This document shows positions 29,302 through 40,210 of a stretch of DNA of 51,149 nt, one piece after another. This DNA comes from Chitinophaga pinensis. Its GTDB lineage: Bacteria > Bacteroidota > Bacteroidia > NS11-12g > UBA9320. The notes beneath the pieces were generated by a model, which was not told where the DNA came from, did not search any database, and saw only the letters and a program-made list of their open reading frames with translations. The translations under genes were made by a program, and so were the position numbers. The DNA is taken from assembly GCA_945878925.1 (NCBI GenBank), contig CAMDXE010000003.1, forward strand, positions 1 through 51,149. The letters run 5' to 3'. Position 1 is the stretch's first letter. Each line of letters begins with the position of its first letter.

Positions 29302-30387
29302 CTATTCGTTTAAATTAAGTAGTTTTTCAACTTCATCCACTATAGAAATAGTGGCGTTTGGTTTGGCTAAAGCAACAATATTATTTGCAAATTCATCGGC
29401 CAAGGCTTGATCGTTCAGCAAAGTTTGAATAGCTATCCATAAATCGCTTGCTGCCTCATGGTCTTTAACCATCAAGGCGGCATTAACGTTTACCAAGGCC
29501 AAGGCATTTTTGGTTTGATGATCTTCGGATACATTTGGCGAGGGTACCAAGATTATAGGTTTTCCAACTACACATAACTCACTTATGGCTATTGCTCCTG
29601 CTCTCGAAATAATCAGATCGGCGGCGGCATAAACCTGTTCCATATTATCAATAAAAGGCGATACGCTTCCAAAGATTGGGGCATGGATGGGCGTATAGTT
29701 TTTGCCTGTTTGCCATATTAATTGAATATGGTTTTGTTCAAGTTTATCCATCAAACTGTCGATGGCCATATTTATGGTTTTAGCCCCTAAACTGCCCCCA
29801 ACTACAAGTAATGTTTTTTTGCTTATGTCTAAATTTAAGGCCTTTAGGCTTGATAATCGTGAAGGGAGGTTAAGTATGGATTGCCGAATGGGGTTTCCGG
29901 TAAACGTACATTTCTCAGTAGGAAAATATTTTTGAGCATTTTCGAAGCCCAAACATATTGAATTTACTTTTTCGCCCAATATCTTGTTTGTTATTCCTGC
30001 ATAAGAGTTTTGCTCTTGAATGAGAGTGGGTAGGCCAAGCCAGCTAGCAACTTGCAAAAGTGGGCCACTGGCAAATCCTCCAGTGCCTATAACAATATGG
30101 GGCTTAAATTTCTTTAAGATTTTAAAACAAACATAAAGGCTTGAAATCACTTTTAGTGGAAATAAAAGATTTTTTAAACTCAATTTTCTTTGAAATCCAG
30201 TGATCCAAATGCCATGAATTTTATAACCCGCAGCAGGAATTTTTTCCATTTCCATGCGATCAATGGCGCCTACAAATTCGATAATGGAATTGGGGTTTCG
30301 GTGTTCAATTTCTTTGGCAATAGCAATGGCCGGAAAAATATGTCCACCAGTGCCCCCGCCAGATATTAATACTCTAGTTATTTTCAA
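29302..30387 (-). CDS. murG: Undecaprenyl-PP-MurNAc-pentapeptide GlcNAc transferase
   Basis: GGGTGGHIFP, GGSLGA, RAGA and DHQTKNA. Confidence 0.97.
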   Translation of the reverse strand: MKITRVLISGGGTGGHIFPAIAIAKEIEHRNPNSIIEFVGAIDRMEMEKIPAAGYKIHGIWITGFQRKLSLKNLLFPLKVISSLYVCFKILKKFKPHIVIGTGGFASGPLLQVASWLGLPTLIQEQNSYAGITNKILGEKVNSICLGFENAQKYFPTEKCTFTGNPIRQSILNLPSRLSSLKALNLDISKKTLLVVGGSLGAKTINMAIDSLMDKLEQNHIQLIWQTGKNYTPIHAPIFGSVSPFIDNMEQVYAAADLIISRAGAIAISELCVVGKPIILVPSPNVSEDHQTKNALALVNVNAALMVKDHEAASDLWIAIQTLLNDQALADEFANNIVALAKPNATISIVDEVEKLLNLNE

Positions 30388-31561
30388 TTTTCACCTCCTC
30401 TGTAATTTGTGTTTTAGGGTCATTATTTTCTTCTTCGATGTATCGGCTAACACTCAATATAATGCCGAAGGCCAAACTGGTAAAAAGGGTGCTTGTGCCA
30501 CCCATACTAACCAAAGGTAGTGGCAAACCCGTTACCGGGAAAATATTAACCGCCACACCCATATTGATATAGGCTTGAATGACTAAGCTAAAGGCAAGTC
30601 CAACAGCCAATAAGGCCCCAAATGCTTTGGGGCTTTTCCGGACAATTAAGATGCATCGAAACAAAAAGAATAAGTACAAAAAAATTAAAAATAGCCCACC
30701 AATGGCGCCATATTCTTCAAGAATTATAGCAAAAATAAAATCGGCATAAGGCGAAGGTAAAAAATTGCGTTGGGTACTTTTGCCTGGCCCTACGCCAAAA
30801 ATCCCACCTTTGGCAATCGCAATTTTAGCCTGTTGATTTTGATAGCTTCCGCCAGCTTCCGATTTATCGAAGAAAGATTCAATTCTGACTTTCCAAGTTT
30901 GAATTCTTCCCTGTCCGGGCAAATAGAAAATAACCGCAAGCATTACAGCAAAAAACAAAATTGCTAGTCCCGATAATCCTAAGAGTGATTTAATAGGAAT
31001 TCGGCCAATAAATAATAATACCATGCAGGTCATAAACAAAACCAGCGCGGTTGATAAATTAGCGGGAGCAATAAGTCCGCACACAATAATAATACTGGCC
31101 ATTATAGGCCATAGGGTTTTTTTTGTATTGTAAATTTCTTCTTGCCGTTTTGATAAAAAACGAGCTATAAACATAATGATAGCCAACTTAGCTAAATCAG
31201 AAGTTTGAAAGGATAGGCCGATAAGGGGTAAAGTTATCCAGCGACGCGCTTCATTTATATTCGACCCAAAAAATAGAGTATATAAAAGTAAGGGAATAGC
31301 AATAACAAGCAATATTTGCGATAGACGTGAATAATATCGAAAGTCGAGCAAATGCGACAACCACATAATAAATAAACCCACCAAAAGCATTCCTACTTGT
31401 TTGAGAAGATAAAATTCGGTATTGCCCGATTGTTTGGCAAAAGCCAAGGTGCCGGTGGAGCTATAAACGGCCAATATCCCAAATAAGGATAATAGGCAAA
31501 CCACCATCCAGATATAAATATCGCCTTTTAAATTATTGGCTGTCCATTGTTTCAAACTCAT
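30374..31561 (-). CDS. ftsW: SEDS peptidoglycan polymerase FtsW
   Basis: ARRW, FQTSDLAK, DFIFAII.EE and LPLVSMGG. Confidence 0.95.
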   Translation of the reverse strand: MSLKQWTANNLKGDIYIWMVVCLLSLFGILAVYSSTGTLAFAKQSGNTEFYLLKQVGMLLVGLFIMWLSHLLDFRYYSRLSQILLVIAIPLLLYTLFFGSNINEARRWITLPLIGLSFQTSDLAKLAIIMFIARFLSKRQEEIYNTKKTLWPIMASIIIVCGLIAPANLSTALVLFMTCMVLLFIGRIPIKSLLGLSGLAILFFAVMLAVIFYLPGQGRIQTWKVRIESFFDKSEAGGSYQNQQAKIAIAKGGIFGVGPGKSTQRNFLPSPYADFIFAIILEEYGAIGGLFLIFLYLFFLFRCILIVRKSPKAFGALLAVGLAFSLVIQAYINMGVAVNIFPVTGLPLPLVSMGGTSTLFTSLAFGIILSVSRYIEEENNDPKTQITEEVKIENN

Positions 31562-31615
31562 CTTAAAGTAGATTTCTGCTCGATAGTAAAGAATATTAAA
31601 ATACTTGAAAACTTA

Positions 31616-32959
31616 TTAAAGTGCTCGAACATGTTGTTTAAACTGATTGCCACGGTCTTCATAATTTTCGAATAAATCGAAACTTGCACATGCGGGCGAA
31701 AGCAAAACGGTGTCTCCTTTTTTAGAGAAAGAATAAGCTGCTTTAACAGCATCTTCGGCCGAGGAAGTATTGATTATAAGATCGACATCGGGCCCAAAAG
31801 CTTGATGTATCTTGCTGTTGTCGAGCCCCATGCAAACAATAACGTTTACCTTTTGTTTTACCAGCTTTTTTAAGCTCGAATAATCGTTTCCTTTGTCGGT
31901 GCCGCCAACTATCCAAACCACTGGAGTTTCCATGCTTTCTAAAGCAAACCAAGCAGAGTTGACGTTAGTAGCCTTCGAGTCGTTAATGAAGTCCACACCT
32001 TTAACCCGTGCAATCCACTCCATACGATGTTCGACATTTGTAAAATCAGAAAAACTTTGACGAATGGTTTCCTTCCTAATTTCGTAAGAATTGGATACGA
32101 TGGCGGCTGCCATACTGTTGTAAATGTTGTGTTTGCCAGAAATTGTGAGTTGATTGACAGGCATAATAAATTCTTTGTTTAAAGTGTTGAGCCGAACGAT
32201 TATTTCTTTACCATTTAAAAAGGCACCGTTCTGTACCTCATGGTGAATTGAAAATGCCAGCAACTGGCCATTTCCTTTATTGAGTTTTAAATTATTTAGA
32301 GTTAGGGGGTCGTCATCGCAATAAATGAAGCAATCTTCAGCCGATTGATTTTGTGTAATTCTGAATTTTGATTCTATGTATTTATTTAGCACACCATTAT
32401 ATCGGTCCAGATGATCAGGGGTTATATTGGTCAGTACGCCATAATTTAGGCGCGTGTTTATCATTCCATCCAATTGAAAACTACTGAGTTCAAGTACATA
32501 AGTATCGAAGGTTTCGGTGGCTACCTGACGAGCAAAACTTTTGCCAACATTGCCGCCAAGCCCTACGTTTATGCCTCCTTTTTGCAGGAGGTGGTGCAGC
32601 AACATGGTGGTGGTTGTTTTGCCATTAGTGCCCGTAATGCCAATGAGTTTTGCTTGGGTATACTGAGCAGCAAATTCAATTTCTGAAATTATGGTTATGC
32701 CTGCATTTTGCAATTTTCGAACGATGGGCGTAGAATCAGAAATTCCTGGGCTTTTTATGATAAGGTCGGCATTTAGAATTTTTGTTTCTGTATGTTTCTC
32801 GCTTTCCCATTGCACACCTATCTGGGTCAATTCGGTTTTGAAATTTGGTTTGATAGTGCCATAATCACTCACAAACGTATCGTACCCTTTGGCCATAGCC
32901 AGCACAGCAGCTCCACAACCGCTTTCGCCCGCACCTAATATGACCAAACGCTTTGCCAT
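31616..32959 (-). CDS. murD: UDP-MurNAc-L-Ala--D-Glu ligase
   Basis: GTNGKTTT, ELSSFQL, DHLDRY, NDSKATN and LSPACASFD. Confidence 0.97.
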   Translation of the reverse strand: MAKRLVILGAGESGCGAAVLAMAKGYDTFVSDYGTIKPNFKTELTQIGVQWESEKHTETKILNADLIIKSPGISDSTPIVRKLQNAGITIISEIEFAAQYTQAKLIGITGTNGKTTTTMLLHHLLQKGGINVGLGGNVGKSFARQVATETFDTYVLELSSFQLDGMINTRLNYGVLTNITPDHLDRYNGVLNKYIESKFRITQNQSAEDCFIYCDDDPLTLNNLKLNKGNGQLLAFSIHHEVQNGAFLNGKEIIVRLNTLNKEFIMPVNQLTISGKHNIYNSMAAAIVSNSYEIRKETIRQSFSDFTNVEHRMEWIARVKGVDFINDSKATNVNSAWFALESMETPVVWIVGGTDKGNDYSSLKKLVKQKVNVIVCMGLDNSKIHQAFGPDVDLIINTSSAEDAVKAAYSFSKKGDTVLLSPACASFDLFENYEDRGNQFKQHVRAL

Positions 32960-32961
32960 TT

Positions 32962-34218
32962 TTATCTAAGCTTAAATGTAATAATGGTTAAAATGGCCAG
33001 CATGATTCCTACAATCAAAAAGCGAGTTACTATCTTGGGTTCGGCATAGCCTTTTTTCTGAAAATGATGATGAAGTGGCGACATTAAAAAAATGCGCCGC
33101 CCTTCGCCAAATCGTTTTTTTGTATATTTAAAATATGCTACTTGTAGCACTACGCTTAAATTTTCGACCAGAAAAACGCCACAGAGTATAGGAATTAAGA
33201 GTTCCTTTCGCAGCATAATAGCAATTACCGCTATTATTCCACCTATGGATAAGCTTCCGGTGTCGCCCATAAATACTTGTGCAGGAAATGAATTGTACCA
33301 TAGAAAACCTATACAAGCCCCCACAAACGAAGCGAGAAAAATAGTGAGTTCGCCTTGGTTTGGCAGGTACATAATATTGAGGTAGTCGGCAAAAATGACA
33401 TTGCCCGATAAAAATGCCAGCAATGCGAGGGTAGCCCCTATTATGGCCGAACTCCCTGCTGCCAATCCATCAATACCATCGGTTAAGTTGGCCCCATTAG
33501 ATACGGCCACTATGATAAATATTACTGCGAGTATAAAAACCAACCATGCATATTTTTGGGCTTTAGCATCGCTCAAAAAGAACAATATTTTTGCGTAGTC
33601 GAACTCATGCGATTTTACAAATGGCACGGTGGTTATGGTTGATTTAGTATCTTTTAAATAGATAGTTTTACCATTGTTTAATTGTCTTTGGGTTGAATTG
33701 GCTTTAATTTCTGCGGTGGCCTCCTTTTCCGAAAAGCGTTCGCGAATAACCACACTTGGATGAAAATATAAGGTGGCCCCCACAATGATTCCTATTCCAA
33801 TTTGGCCCACTATCTTAAATCGACCGGCTAAGCCCTCTTTGTTTTTTTTATAGGTTTTGATGTAATCGTCTAAAAACCCTATCAGCCCAAGCCAAACCGT
33901 CGTGATAATCATCAATACAATATAAATATTGCTCAATTTTGCGAACAGCAGGGTAGGAATTAGTATGGCTCCAAGAATAATTAAGCCTCCCATGGTAGGC
34001 GTTCCTTTTTTTGAATTTTCACCTTCTAAACCCAACTGCCGAATGGTTTCGGACGCTTGCCTTTTTCGTAGCACGTCAATTAAGCGCTTGCCATATAAGA
34101 GCGAGATGGTAAGCGACAGGATTATGGCCAAGCCAGCTCTAAATGTAATGTATTGAAACGCACCCGTTCCCGGAATGTTAAAATGCGCGTGTAGATATTG
34201 AAATAAATAATAAAGCAT
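32962..34218 (-). CDS. mraY: Phospho-MurNAc-pentapeptide transferase
   Basis: [27 protein letters not shown] and PLHHHF. Confidence 0.97.
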   Translation of the reverse strand: MLYYLFQYLHAHFNIPGTGAFQYITFRAGLAIILSLTISLLYGKRLIDVLRKRQASETIRQLGLEGENSKKGTPTMGGLIILGAILIPTLLFAKLSNIYIVLMIITTVWLGLIGFLDDYIKTYKKNKEGLAGRFKIVGQIGIGIIVGATLYFHPSVVIRERFSEKEATAEIKANSTQRQLNNGKTIYLKDTKSTITTVPFVKSHEFDYAKILFFLSDAKAQKYAWLVFILAVIFIIVAVSNGANLTDGIDGLAAGSSAIIGATLALLAFLSGNVIFADYLNIMYLPNQGELTIFLASFVGACIGFLWYNSFPAQVFMGDTGSLSIGGIIAVIAIMLRKELLIPILCGVFLVENLSVVLQVAYFKYTKKRFGEGRRIFLMSPLHHHFQKKGYAEPKIVTRFLIVGIMLAILTIITFKLR

Positions 34219-34220
34219 GA

Positions 34221-35678
34221 TTAGTTTAGGGTTTCAAAAGCGTGTTTTAGTTTTTCTGAATCATCAAAATGTATTTTTTCTCCTTTGGTTTCTTGGTAAT
34301 TTTCGTGTCCCTTGCCTGCCAATAGGATGATGTCACCTTTTTTGGCCTGGCTAACGGCCACATGTATGGCTTCTTCCCGATTTGTAATTTTTAATATTTT
34401 TTTAAAATTTTGAGCTTTAACGCCGCTTCGCATTTGCTCAATTATATCCTCAGGATTTTCAGAGCGTGGATTGTCGCTTGTAAAAATCACACGGTCGCTT
34501 AATTGACTTGCATAATGGCCCATAATGGGTCTTTTCTCTCTATCGCGATCGCCCCCACATCCTATAATTGTAATTAAGGTTTCGTTGCGCGATCTAACTT
34601 TATTGATTGTTTCTAAAACATTTTTCAGGGCATCGGGGGTGTGTGCATAATCAACCACTCCCAGAATGCCAGATTCGCTTCGTATAATTTCGAATCGACC
34701 TTTGGCACCTTCTGTTTTTGATAAGGTTTTGATTATGGTTTCAGAATCGAGCCCCATTATAAAAGCGGCGCCATAGGCTGCTAGTAAATTGTAGGCATTA
34801 AATTCGCCAGAGAGGCTATACCAAGCTTGTGTTTTGTCAATTTCAAAAAGCAAGCCCTCGAGATCATTTTCAATTATTTTTCCTTTAAAATCGGATACGG
34901 ACTTTAGACTATAAGTAAATTTAGAAGCCTTTGTGTTTTGCAACATCACTTGGCCATTTTTGTCATCCTTGTTGGTTAGGGCAAAGGCAGCAGAAGGCAA
35001 GCCATCAAAAAATGATTTTTTAGCAGCTAAATAGTTTTCAAAAGTGTGGTGATAATCAAGATGATCGTGAGTAATGTTCGTAAATATTCCGCCTGCAAAA
35101 GTTAAGCCCCCAATTCTGTTTTGATCAACCGCATGACTGCTCACTTCCATAAAACAGAAGGTGCACTGCTGCTCAACCATCGTTGCCAATAAATTATTTA
35201 ATGTAATTGGGTCGGGTGTGGTATGGGTACTTGGAAGCACCGTATCGCCAATTTGGTTTTGAATTGTTGAAATTAAGGCCGTTTTGTACCCAAGGTTTTT
35301 AAAAAGGTTTCGCAATAAGGTTGCTACCGTTGTTTTGCCATTGGTACCTGTTATGCCAATGAGTTTTAGTTTTGAAGATGGATTATCATAATAATTCGAC
35401 GCCACCTGACCTAATATTTTGCGCGTGTCCTTAACTAAAATGTAGTTAAAATTTTGGGGACAATCCGTTGGGATATGCTCACAAATAACAGCAGCGACTT
35501 TCTTTGAAATGGCATCCTTAATATAAATATGGCTATCTATTTCAACGCCACGAAGCGCTATGAATAAATCATTTTCAGAGGATTTTCTATGATCTGAACT
35601 TATTGAATTTATCGAAATATTTGAATCAAATAATTCGATTAACTTAATATTTTCCAGTAGTTTAGATAGTTTTATCAT
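34221..35678 (-). CDS. murE: UDP-MurNAc-dipeptide--meso-DAP ligase
   Basis: GTNGKTT, MEVSSHA, DYAHTPD, DNPR (mDAP-type) and AGKGHE. Confidence 0.97.
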   Translation of the reverse strand: MIKLSKLLENIKLIELFDSNISINSISSDHRKSSENDLFIALRGVEIDSHIYIKDAISKKVAAVICEHIPTDCPQNFNYILVKDTRKILGQVASNYYDNPSSKLKLIGITGTNGKTTVATLLRNLFKNLGYKTALISTIQNQIGDTVLPSTHTTPDPITLNNLLATMVEQQCTFCFMEVSSHAVDQNRIGGLTFAGGIFTNITHDHLDYHHTFENYLAAKKSFFDGLPSAAFALTNKDDKNGQVMLQNTKASKFTYSLKSVSDFKGKIIENDLEGLLFEIDKTQAWYSLSGEFNAYNLLAAYGAAFIMGLDSETIIKTLSKTEGAKGRFEIIRSESGILGVVDYAHTPDALKNVLETINKVRSRNETLITIIGCGGDRDREKRPIMGHYASQLSDRVIFTSDNPRSENPEDIIEQMRSGVKAQNFKKILKITNREEAIHVAVSQAKKGDIILLAGKGHENYQETKGEKIHFDDSEKLKHAFETLN

Positions 35679-37784
35679 CTAAATTTTTAACTTAATTAGT
35701 AATGTATTTCCTTTTTTAATGCTATTGCCTTGAGGGATTGATTGCCAATACACTCGTCCTATTCCTTCGCTTATTATTTTTAATTTCTTAGATTCGGTAT
35801 AACTAATTACATCCCTGAGCCCCATCCCAATTAGGTTAGGCATTTTTTGAACCTCGTTGAGCGCCGATGTATAGGTATAATCGCCCAAAGAATCTTTCGA
35901 AGCGCTAATCCAATCCGTAATGTCGCCATCTGATTGGTAGCTGTATTTAGTGTATTTGTCCAAGAATTGAAGGGTGGTTTTTTTTCGGCCACTTAATATT
36001 TTAGGAAGCGATCCATGGTCAACAACCGAATCGTCCATTGGTGTGCCAGCATTTAGGTAAATACCCGACACTTTTTCGCCTATTTCTTTGGCTATAGGTG
36101 CTGCAACTACGCCTCCGAAAATTTCGCCATTTGTGGGTCGGTTTATTACAATTATGATGGAATATTTTGGGTCGTTGGCTGGGAAATAACCTGCAAATGA
36201 TGAGTAATATGCATTGTCGATATAGCCCTTGCCGTCGGCTATTTTTGCTGTTCCTGTTTTGCCTGCAAATTTAATTCTGCTTTTCTGTAACGATTTTGCA
36301 GTTCCACTGTCTACCACTCCACGCAAAAGGTCTTGTACCCTTGCTATGGTTTTTTCGGATGCAATTTTTTCATTCAGTATTTGAGGAGCGAATTTTTTTT
36401 CAATTTCACCTTTCTCTCCAATAGCCTTTACTAAAAATGGTTTTGTCATTATCCCATTATTGGCAACGGCATTGTAAACCATAAGCATTTGCAGAGGTGT
36501 TAATCTGAGCTCGTAACCTATTGACATCCAAGCTAAACTAATCCCACTCCACGTTTTTTGGCCGGGTGATTTTATGTGAGGAATTCCCTCTCCCGACAAT
36601 TCAAATCCTATGGGTTTATTTAAATGAAGCGATTTGATGTAATTGGTAAACAAACTTGGATTGTGTTTAAATTCATTGAGCACGGTTGTGGAAATTCCAA
36701 CATTCGACGAATGTTCGAAAGCGTATGAAAACGGTTTACTTTTAAAAGGTGAGGGCTCGGCATCTTCCATTATTTTATTTCCGATGTTTAGCTTTCCATA
36801 ATTTATCAAAACAGTATCTGTTGTTTCAATTTTTCCTTTTTCGAGTAAAGCCAAGGTCGAAACAATTTTAAAGGTAGAGCCAGGTTCAAAACTTTCGCCT
36901 ATAGCATAATTAAAACTTTCGGAATAGGTTTCGTTTGCCGATTTGGTGAGGTTGGCAATCGCTTTAATTTCGCCAGTTTTTACCTCCATAACAATGGCAC
37001 ATCCATGGTGGGCTTTGTGTTTTAGCAAACCTTGAAGCAATGCGTTATTTACGATGTCCTGAATATTTACATCAATTGTGGTATAAATGTCTTTTCCGTT
37101 TACAGGTTCTACTTCGTTATTATCGTTTACAGGTCGGTAACCTCCTGCAATTCGTTGTACGAGGCGCCTACCTGTTATGCCTGCCAATTCTTTGTCGTAT
37201 GCACCTTCGATTCCTACGCGCTCTTGTCCAATGCCGCTCCCTGTGTAACCTATAGTGCGTGCCAATAAATTTTTCAAAGGCATGACGCGGTAATTATCTT
37301 CCTCAATAATTAATCCACTTTTGAATCGGCCTTTATTATACAGTGGCCAAGTTTTTATTTCTTTAATATCCAAAAAACTAAGCTTGCGTTTTAAGAGAAA
37401 GTATCGGTTTTTTTGAAGTATTCCTTTTTTAAATTCAAGTAAATAATCGATGGATGATTTATCTTTAAATTTTTCGGCAAATTTTTGGCACAGAAGTGGC
37501 ATATAAGTACGCAGCGAATCTTCAGGCAATACTGTTAGATCCATTCGAATCTCATAGCGAGGGACAGAGGTGGCCAAAAGTGTAGCATCATCCGAATAAA
37601 TATTGCCTCTTACTGCTTGAATTACTTTGTATTTTAAAGTAAGGCTGTCGCTTAATGCTCTCCATTTTGCTCCATCAACTATTTGAATGTTAAAAATATA
37701 CCAAATAATAAGTGCCGAAAACGCCACCACGCAGCTAAAACTAAAGAAAATGCGGTTTAATATGGAGCGTTTAATATTCGACAT
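35679..37784 (-). CDS. ftsI: Class B penicillin-binding protein FtsI with PASTA domain
   Basis: EPGSTFK, SSN and KTGT motifs; C-terminal MPNLIGM PASTA. Confidence 0.93.
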   Translation of the reverse strand: MSNIKRSILNRIFFSFSCVVAFSALIIWYIFNIQIVDGAKWRALSDSLTLKYKVIQAVRGNIYSDDATLLATSVPRYEIRMDLTVLPEDSLRTYMPLLCQKFAEKFKDKSSIDYLLEFKKGILQKNRYFLLKRKLSFLDIKEIKTWPLYNKGRFKSGLIIEEDNYRVMPLKNLLARTIGYTGSGIGQERVGIEGAYDKELAGITGRRLVQRIAGGYRPVNDNNEVEPVNGKDIYTTIDVNIQDIVNNALLQGLLKHKAHHGCAIVMEVKTGEIKAIANLTKSANETYSESFNYAIGESFEPGSTFKIVSTLALLEKGKIETTDTVLINYGKLNIGNKIMEDAEPSPFKSKPFSYAFEHSSNVGISTTVLNEFKHNPSLFTNYIKSLHLNKPIGFELSGEGIPHIKSPGQKTWSGISLAWMSIGYELRLTPLQMLMVYNAVANNGIMTKPFLVKAIGEKGEIEKKFAPQILNEKIASEKTIARVQDLLRGVVDSGTAKSLQKSRIKFAGKTGTAKIADGKGYIDNAYYSSFAGYFPANDPKYSIIIVINRPTNGEIFGGVVAAPIAKEIGEKVSGIYLNAGTPMDDSVVDHGSLPKILSGRKKTTLQFLDKYTKYSYQSDGDITDWISASKDSLGDYTYTSALNEVQKMPNLIGMGLRDVISYTESKKLKIISEGIGRVYWQSIPQGNSIKKGNTLLIKLKI

Positions 37785-38110
37785 TAATTTTTGATTAATA
37801 CCGGGGGTTCGGTGGCCGGTTTTATGCCTTGGTCCAACATTTTTTGCTCTAAATTAGAACTGCGGCTGCCATTTAATATTTCGGTTTGAAGCGTTATGTA
37901 TTCCGAGTATAATTCCTTTACCTCACGGTTTAACTTTTCGATTTTTCTAATTTTTCGCTCACTGCGGTGAGAGAAAAAAATATAAATAACCATAAGGGAT
38001 GATAAAAAGAGTAGAAAGGGCAAAAACTTCGTAATATTTTCACGCGGATTCATACCCTGATTAGGGTCCGAATCGTTTGGTAAATCTATAGGAGGCGTAT
38101 TTTGTTCCAC
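37784..38110 (-). CDS. ftsL: FtsL-like cell division protein
   Basis: Single TM plus coiled coil; lies between rsmH and ftsI. Confidence 0.85.
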   Translation of the reverse strand: MEQNTPPIDLPNDSDPNQGMNPRENITKFLPFLLFLSSLMVIYIFFSHRSERKIRKIEKLNREVKELYSEYITLQTEILNGSRSSNLEQKMLDQGIKPATEPPVLIKN

Positions 38111-38112
38111 TG

Positions 38113-39015
38113 TTATTTTGTTCGAATGGCTATTCTTAATTTGGCACTGCGGGCTCTGGGATTTTGAGCAACTTCGGCATTATCGGGCACAATGGGTTTC
38201 TTGTTTAATGGCTTAAACGGTCGCAACACATTTCCAAAATCATCTTTAATTAAGGCACCTTCGGTATTGCCTGTATTAATGAAGTTTTTCACACATCGAT
38301 CTTCAAGCGAATGGTACGACATTATTACCAATCGTCCATCGGGCTTCAATACGTCTTTGCACTGTTTTAAAAAAAGTTCAAGATTTATCAATTCGTTATT
38401 AACCTCAATTCGAATGGCTTGAAATACCTTAGAATAGAAAGCGTAGTCGCCTATTTTTGGGGTTTCAGATTTTATAGAATCTAAAAGGTCCTGGACATTT
38501 TTAATGGATTTACCTCTGCGGTATTGTACTATCGAACGAGCCAAGTAATGTGATTTTGAAATTTCGCCATAACTATTAAAAACACGGGTAAGTTCTGTTT
38601 CGGTATATTCGTTTAAGACATAAACAGCATCAATTTCATCGTCTTTATCCATTCTCATGTCTAACCTTTCGTCGAAACGATACGAAAACCCTTTGCTTCC
38701 CTCGTTAATCTGATACGACGAAATGCCTAAATCGGCCAAAATTCCATCTACGGGCACTGCTTTATGGTATTTTAAAAACTGCTTCATATACCTATAATTG
38801 TGATTGATAATTATAAGTCTTTGGTCGTCCCATTTATTTTTGATGGCATCGTGATCTTGATCTATACCAAATAGCTTGTCTACATTTTTGTTGTCTAATA
38901 TTAATTTCGAATGCCCTCCACCTCCAAAGGTAGCGTCAACATAAATGCCTCCTTTCTGAATATTCAGTGCTTCGATGCATTGAGAAGCCATTACCGGAAT
39001 ATGATAACTATCCAT
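38113..39015 (-). CDS. rsmH: 16S rRNA m4C1402 methyltransferase RsmH
   Basis: HIPVM, DATFGGGGHS, DLGISS, FQAIRIEVN, YHSLED and NPRARSAKLR. Confidence 0.97.
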   Translation of the reverse strand: MDSYHIPVMASQCIEALNIQKGGIYVDATFGGGGHSKLILDNKNVDKLFGIDQDHDAIKNKWDDQRLIIINHNYRYMKQFLKYHKAVPVDGILADLGISSYQINEGSKGFSYRFDERLDMRMDKDDEIDAVYVLNEYTETELTRVFNSYGEISKSHYLARSIVQYRRGKSIKNVQDLLDSIKSETPKIGDYAFYSKVFQAIRIEVNNELINLELFLKQCKDVLKPDGRLVIMSYHSLEDRCVKNFINTGNTEGALIKDDFGNVLRPFKPLNKKPIVPDNAEVAQNPRARSAKLRIAIRTK

Positions 39016-39472
39016 TTGAATTAATGTTTCGGCGACTCATTACTTCTTCGGCCATTTTTGAAAACTCATCAGGATCAATAGTCATCTGCGCTTCATAATT
39101 GTGCTTGCTCCACATTTCAATTTTATTATCGTAGGCATAGAGCACCACATCCGAATTGATTTCGGCATAGTTGGCTAATTTTTTAGGAATGAGCAATCTG
39201 TTGGCCGTATCTAGGCCTACTTCGCTAGCGCCGTTATTGAATACTCTAATAAATTGACGATCGATTTTGTTAAAAGAATCAAGCCCTTCCAGCTTTTGAG
39301 TTTCTTTTTCCCAGTCGTCGCGTGTGTAAACAACCAAACATTTATCAAAGCCTCTATTTATCACCAAATGATTGGATGCCCCTTCGGGAAGTTGCTTTTT
39401 TAGCCCAACAGGAATAACCACACGACCTTTCGCATCAATTTTTCCTTCAAATTCACCTATAAATTTGGGCAT
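39008..39472 (-). CDS. mraZ: Transcriptional regulator MraZ
   Basis: DAKGR and DTANR (DxxxR) repeats; first gene of the dcw cluster. Confidence 0.95.
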   Translation of the reverse strand: MPKFIGEFEGKIDAKGRVVIPVGLKKQLPEGASNHLVINRGFDKCLVVYTRDDWEKETQKLEGLDSFNKIDRQFIRVFNNGASEVGLDTANRLLIPKKLANYAEINSDVVLYAYDNKIEMWSKHNYEAQMTIDPDEFSKMAEEVMSRRNINSNG

Positions 39473-39517
39473 GACTCTTTTGTTTTAATAATTAGGTGTA
39501 AAATTATGTGATTATTA

Positions 39518-39564
39518 AACACAAAACGCCACTTTATGACATTTTGAAACACATTTTATCCACA
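39518..39564 (-). promoter_or_regulatory. Putative MraZ-binding direct repeats, the distal one overlapping a consensus DnaA box (39556-39564)
   Basis: Minus-strand GTGGA, GTGTT, ATGTC, GTGGC and GTGTT at a 10-11 bp period; TTATCCACA on the plus strand. Confidence 0.55.
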
Positions 39565-39751
39565 AGAATTGCAAGTATTTCAAAATGAATATTTTAACAT
39601 AATTGAATTTCTGGAATCTTAGCCTAATTGATTTGTAGGCTATTCAAGGAAATGATTCTTAGTAAGAGGTAAAATTTAGGAGTAAATCAAGAACCCGGAT
39701 AGCGATAAATTCGACGAGTTCTTGATTTTTTTTCTGAGGATATGAAAAATT

Positions 39752-39784
39752 AAAAAAGGCCAACCTTTTGCAAAAGGTTGGCCT
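39752..39784 (-). terminator. Intrinsic terminator of the isc operon
   Basis: Perfect 28-bp palindrome AGGCCAACCTTTTG/CAAAAGGTTGGCCT (39757-39784) followed by a U-run on the minus strand, 24 nt after the iscA stop. Confidence 0.8.
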
Positions 39785-39808
39785 CGAATATTTTGATTGT
39801 GTGCTTAA

Positions 39809-40150
39809 TTATACCGCAAAACTTTCGCCGCACCCGCAGGTTCGGCTAGCATTAGGATTTATAAAATTAAATCCTTTTCCATTTAAGCCATCGCTAAAAT
39901 CAAGTTCGGTGCCTGCCAAGTATAAGAAACTCTTTAAGTCGCAAATGACTTTAACGCCTTCGTTTATGAATTCTTGATCCCCAGGTTTCTGCTCGTTGTC
40001 AAAGTCGAGGTTGTAGCTTAATCCACTGCAACCGCCACCTTTGACCGACACGCGAATAAAATAATCATCCAATATTAAACCCTCGCTGCGCAAGGATGCA
40101 ATTTTAGCTAATGCTTTTTCGGATACTGTGATATGGCCTACATCGGTCAT
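39809..40150 (-). CDS. iscA: A-type Fe-S carrier (IscA/HesB)
   Basis: GGGCSG and NPNASRTCGCGESF. Confidence 0.92.
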   Translation of the reverse strand: MTDVGHITVSEKALAKIASLRSEGLILDDYFIRVSVKGGGCSGLSYNLDFDNEQKPGDQEFINEGVKVICDLKSFLYLAGTELDFSDGLNGKGFNFINPNASRTCGCGESFAV

Positions 40151-40210
40151 AGTTTTGATTTATGATTTTAGATCGAGGGTCATAATGTATGCATTTGGCC
40201 CAAGGGAATA

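Noticed and set aside
31558-31752. 64-aa ORF between murD and ftsW
   Set aside because: It mostly overlaps murD in another frame.
24497-39472. Absence of murF and ddl from the dcw cluster
   Set aside because: This is the usual Bacteroidota arrangement.
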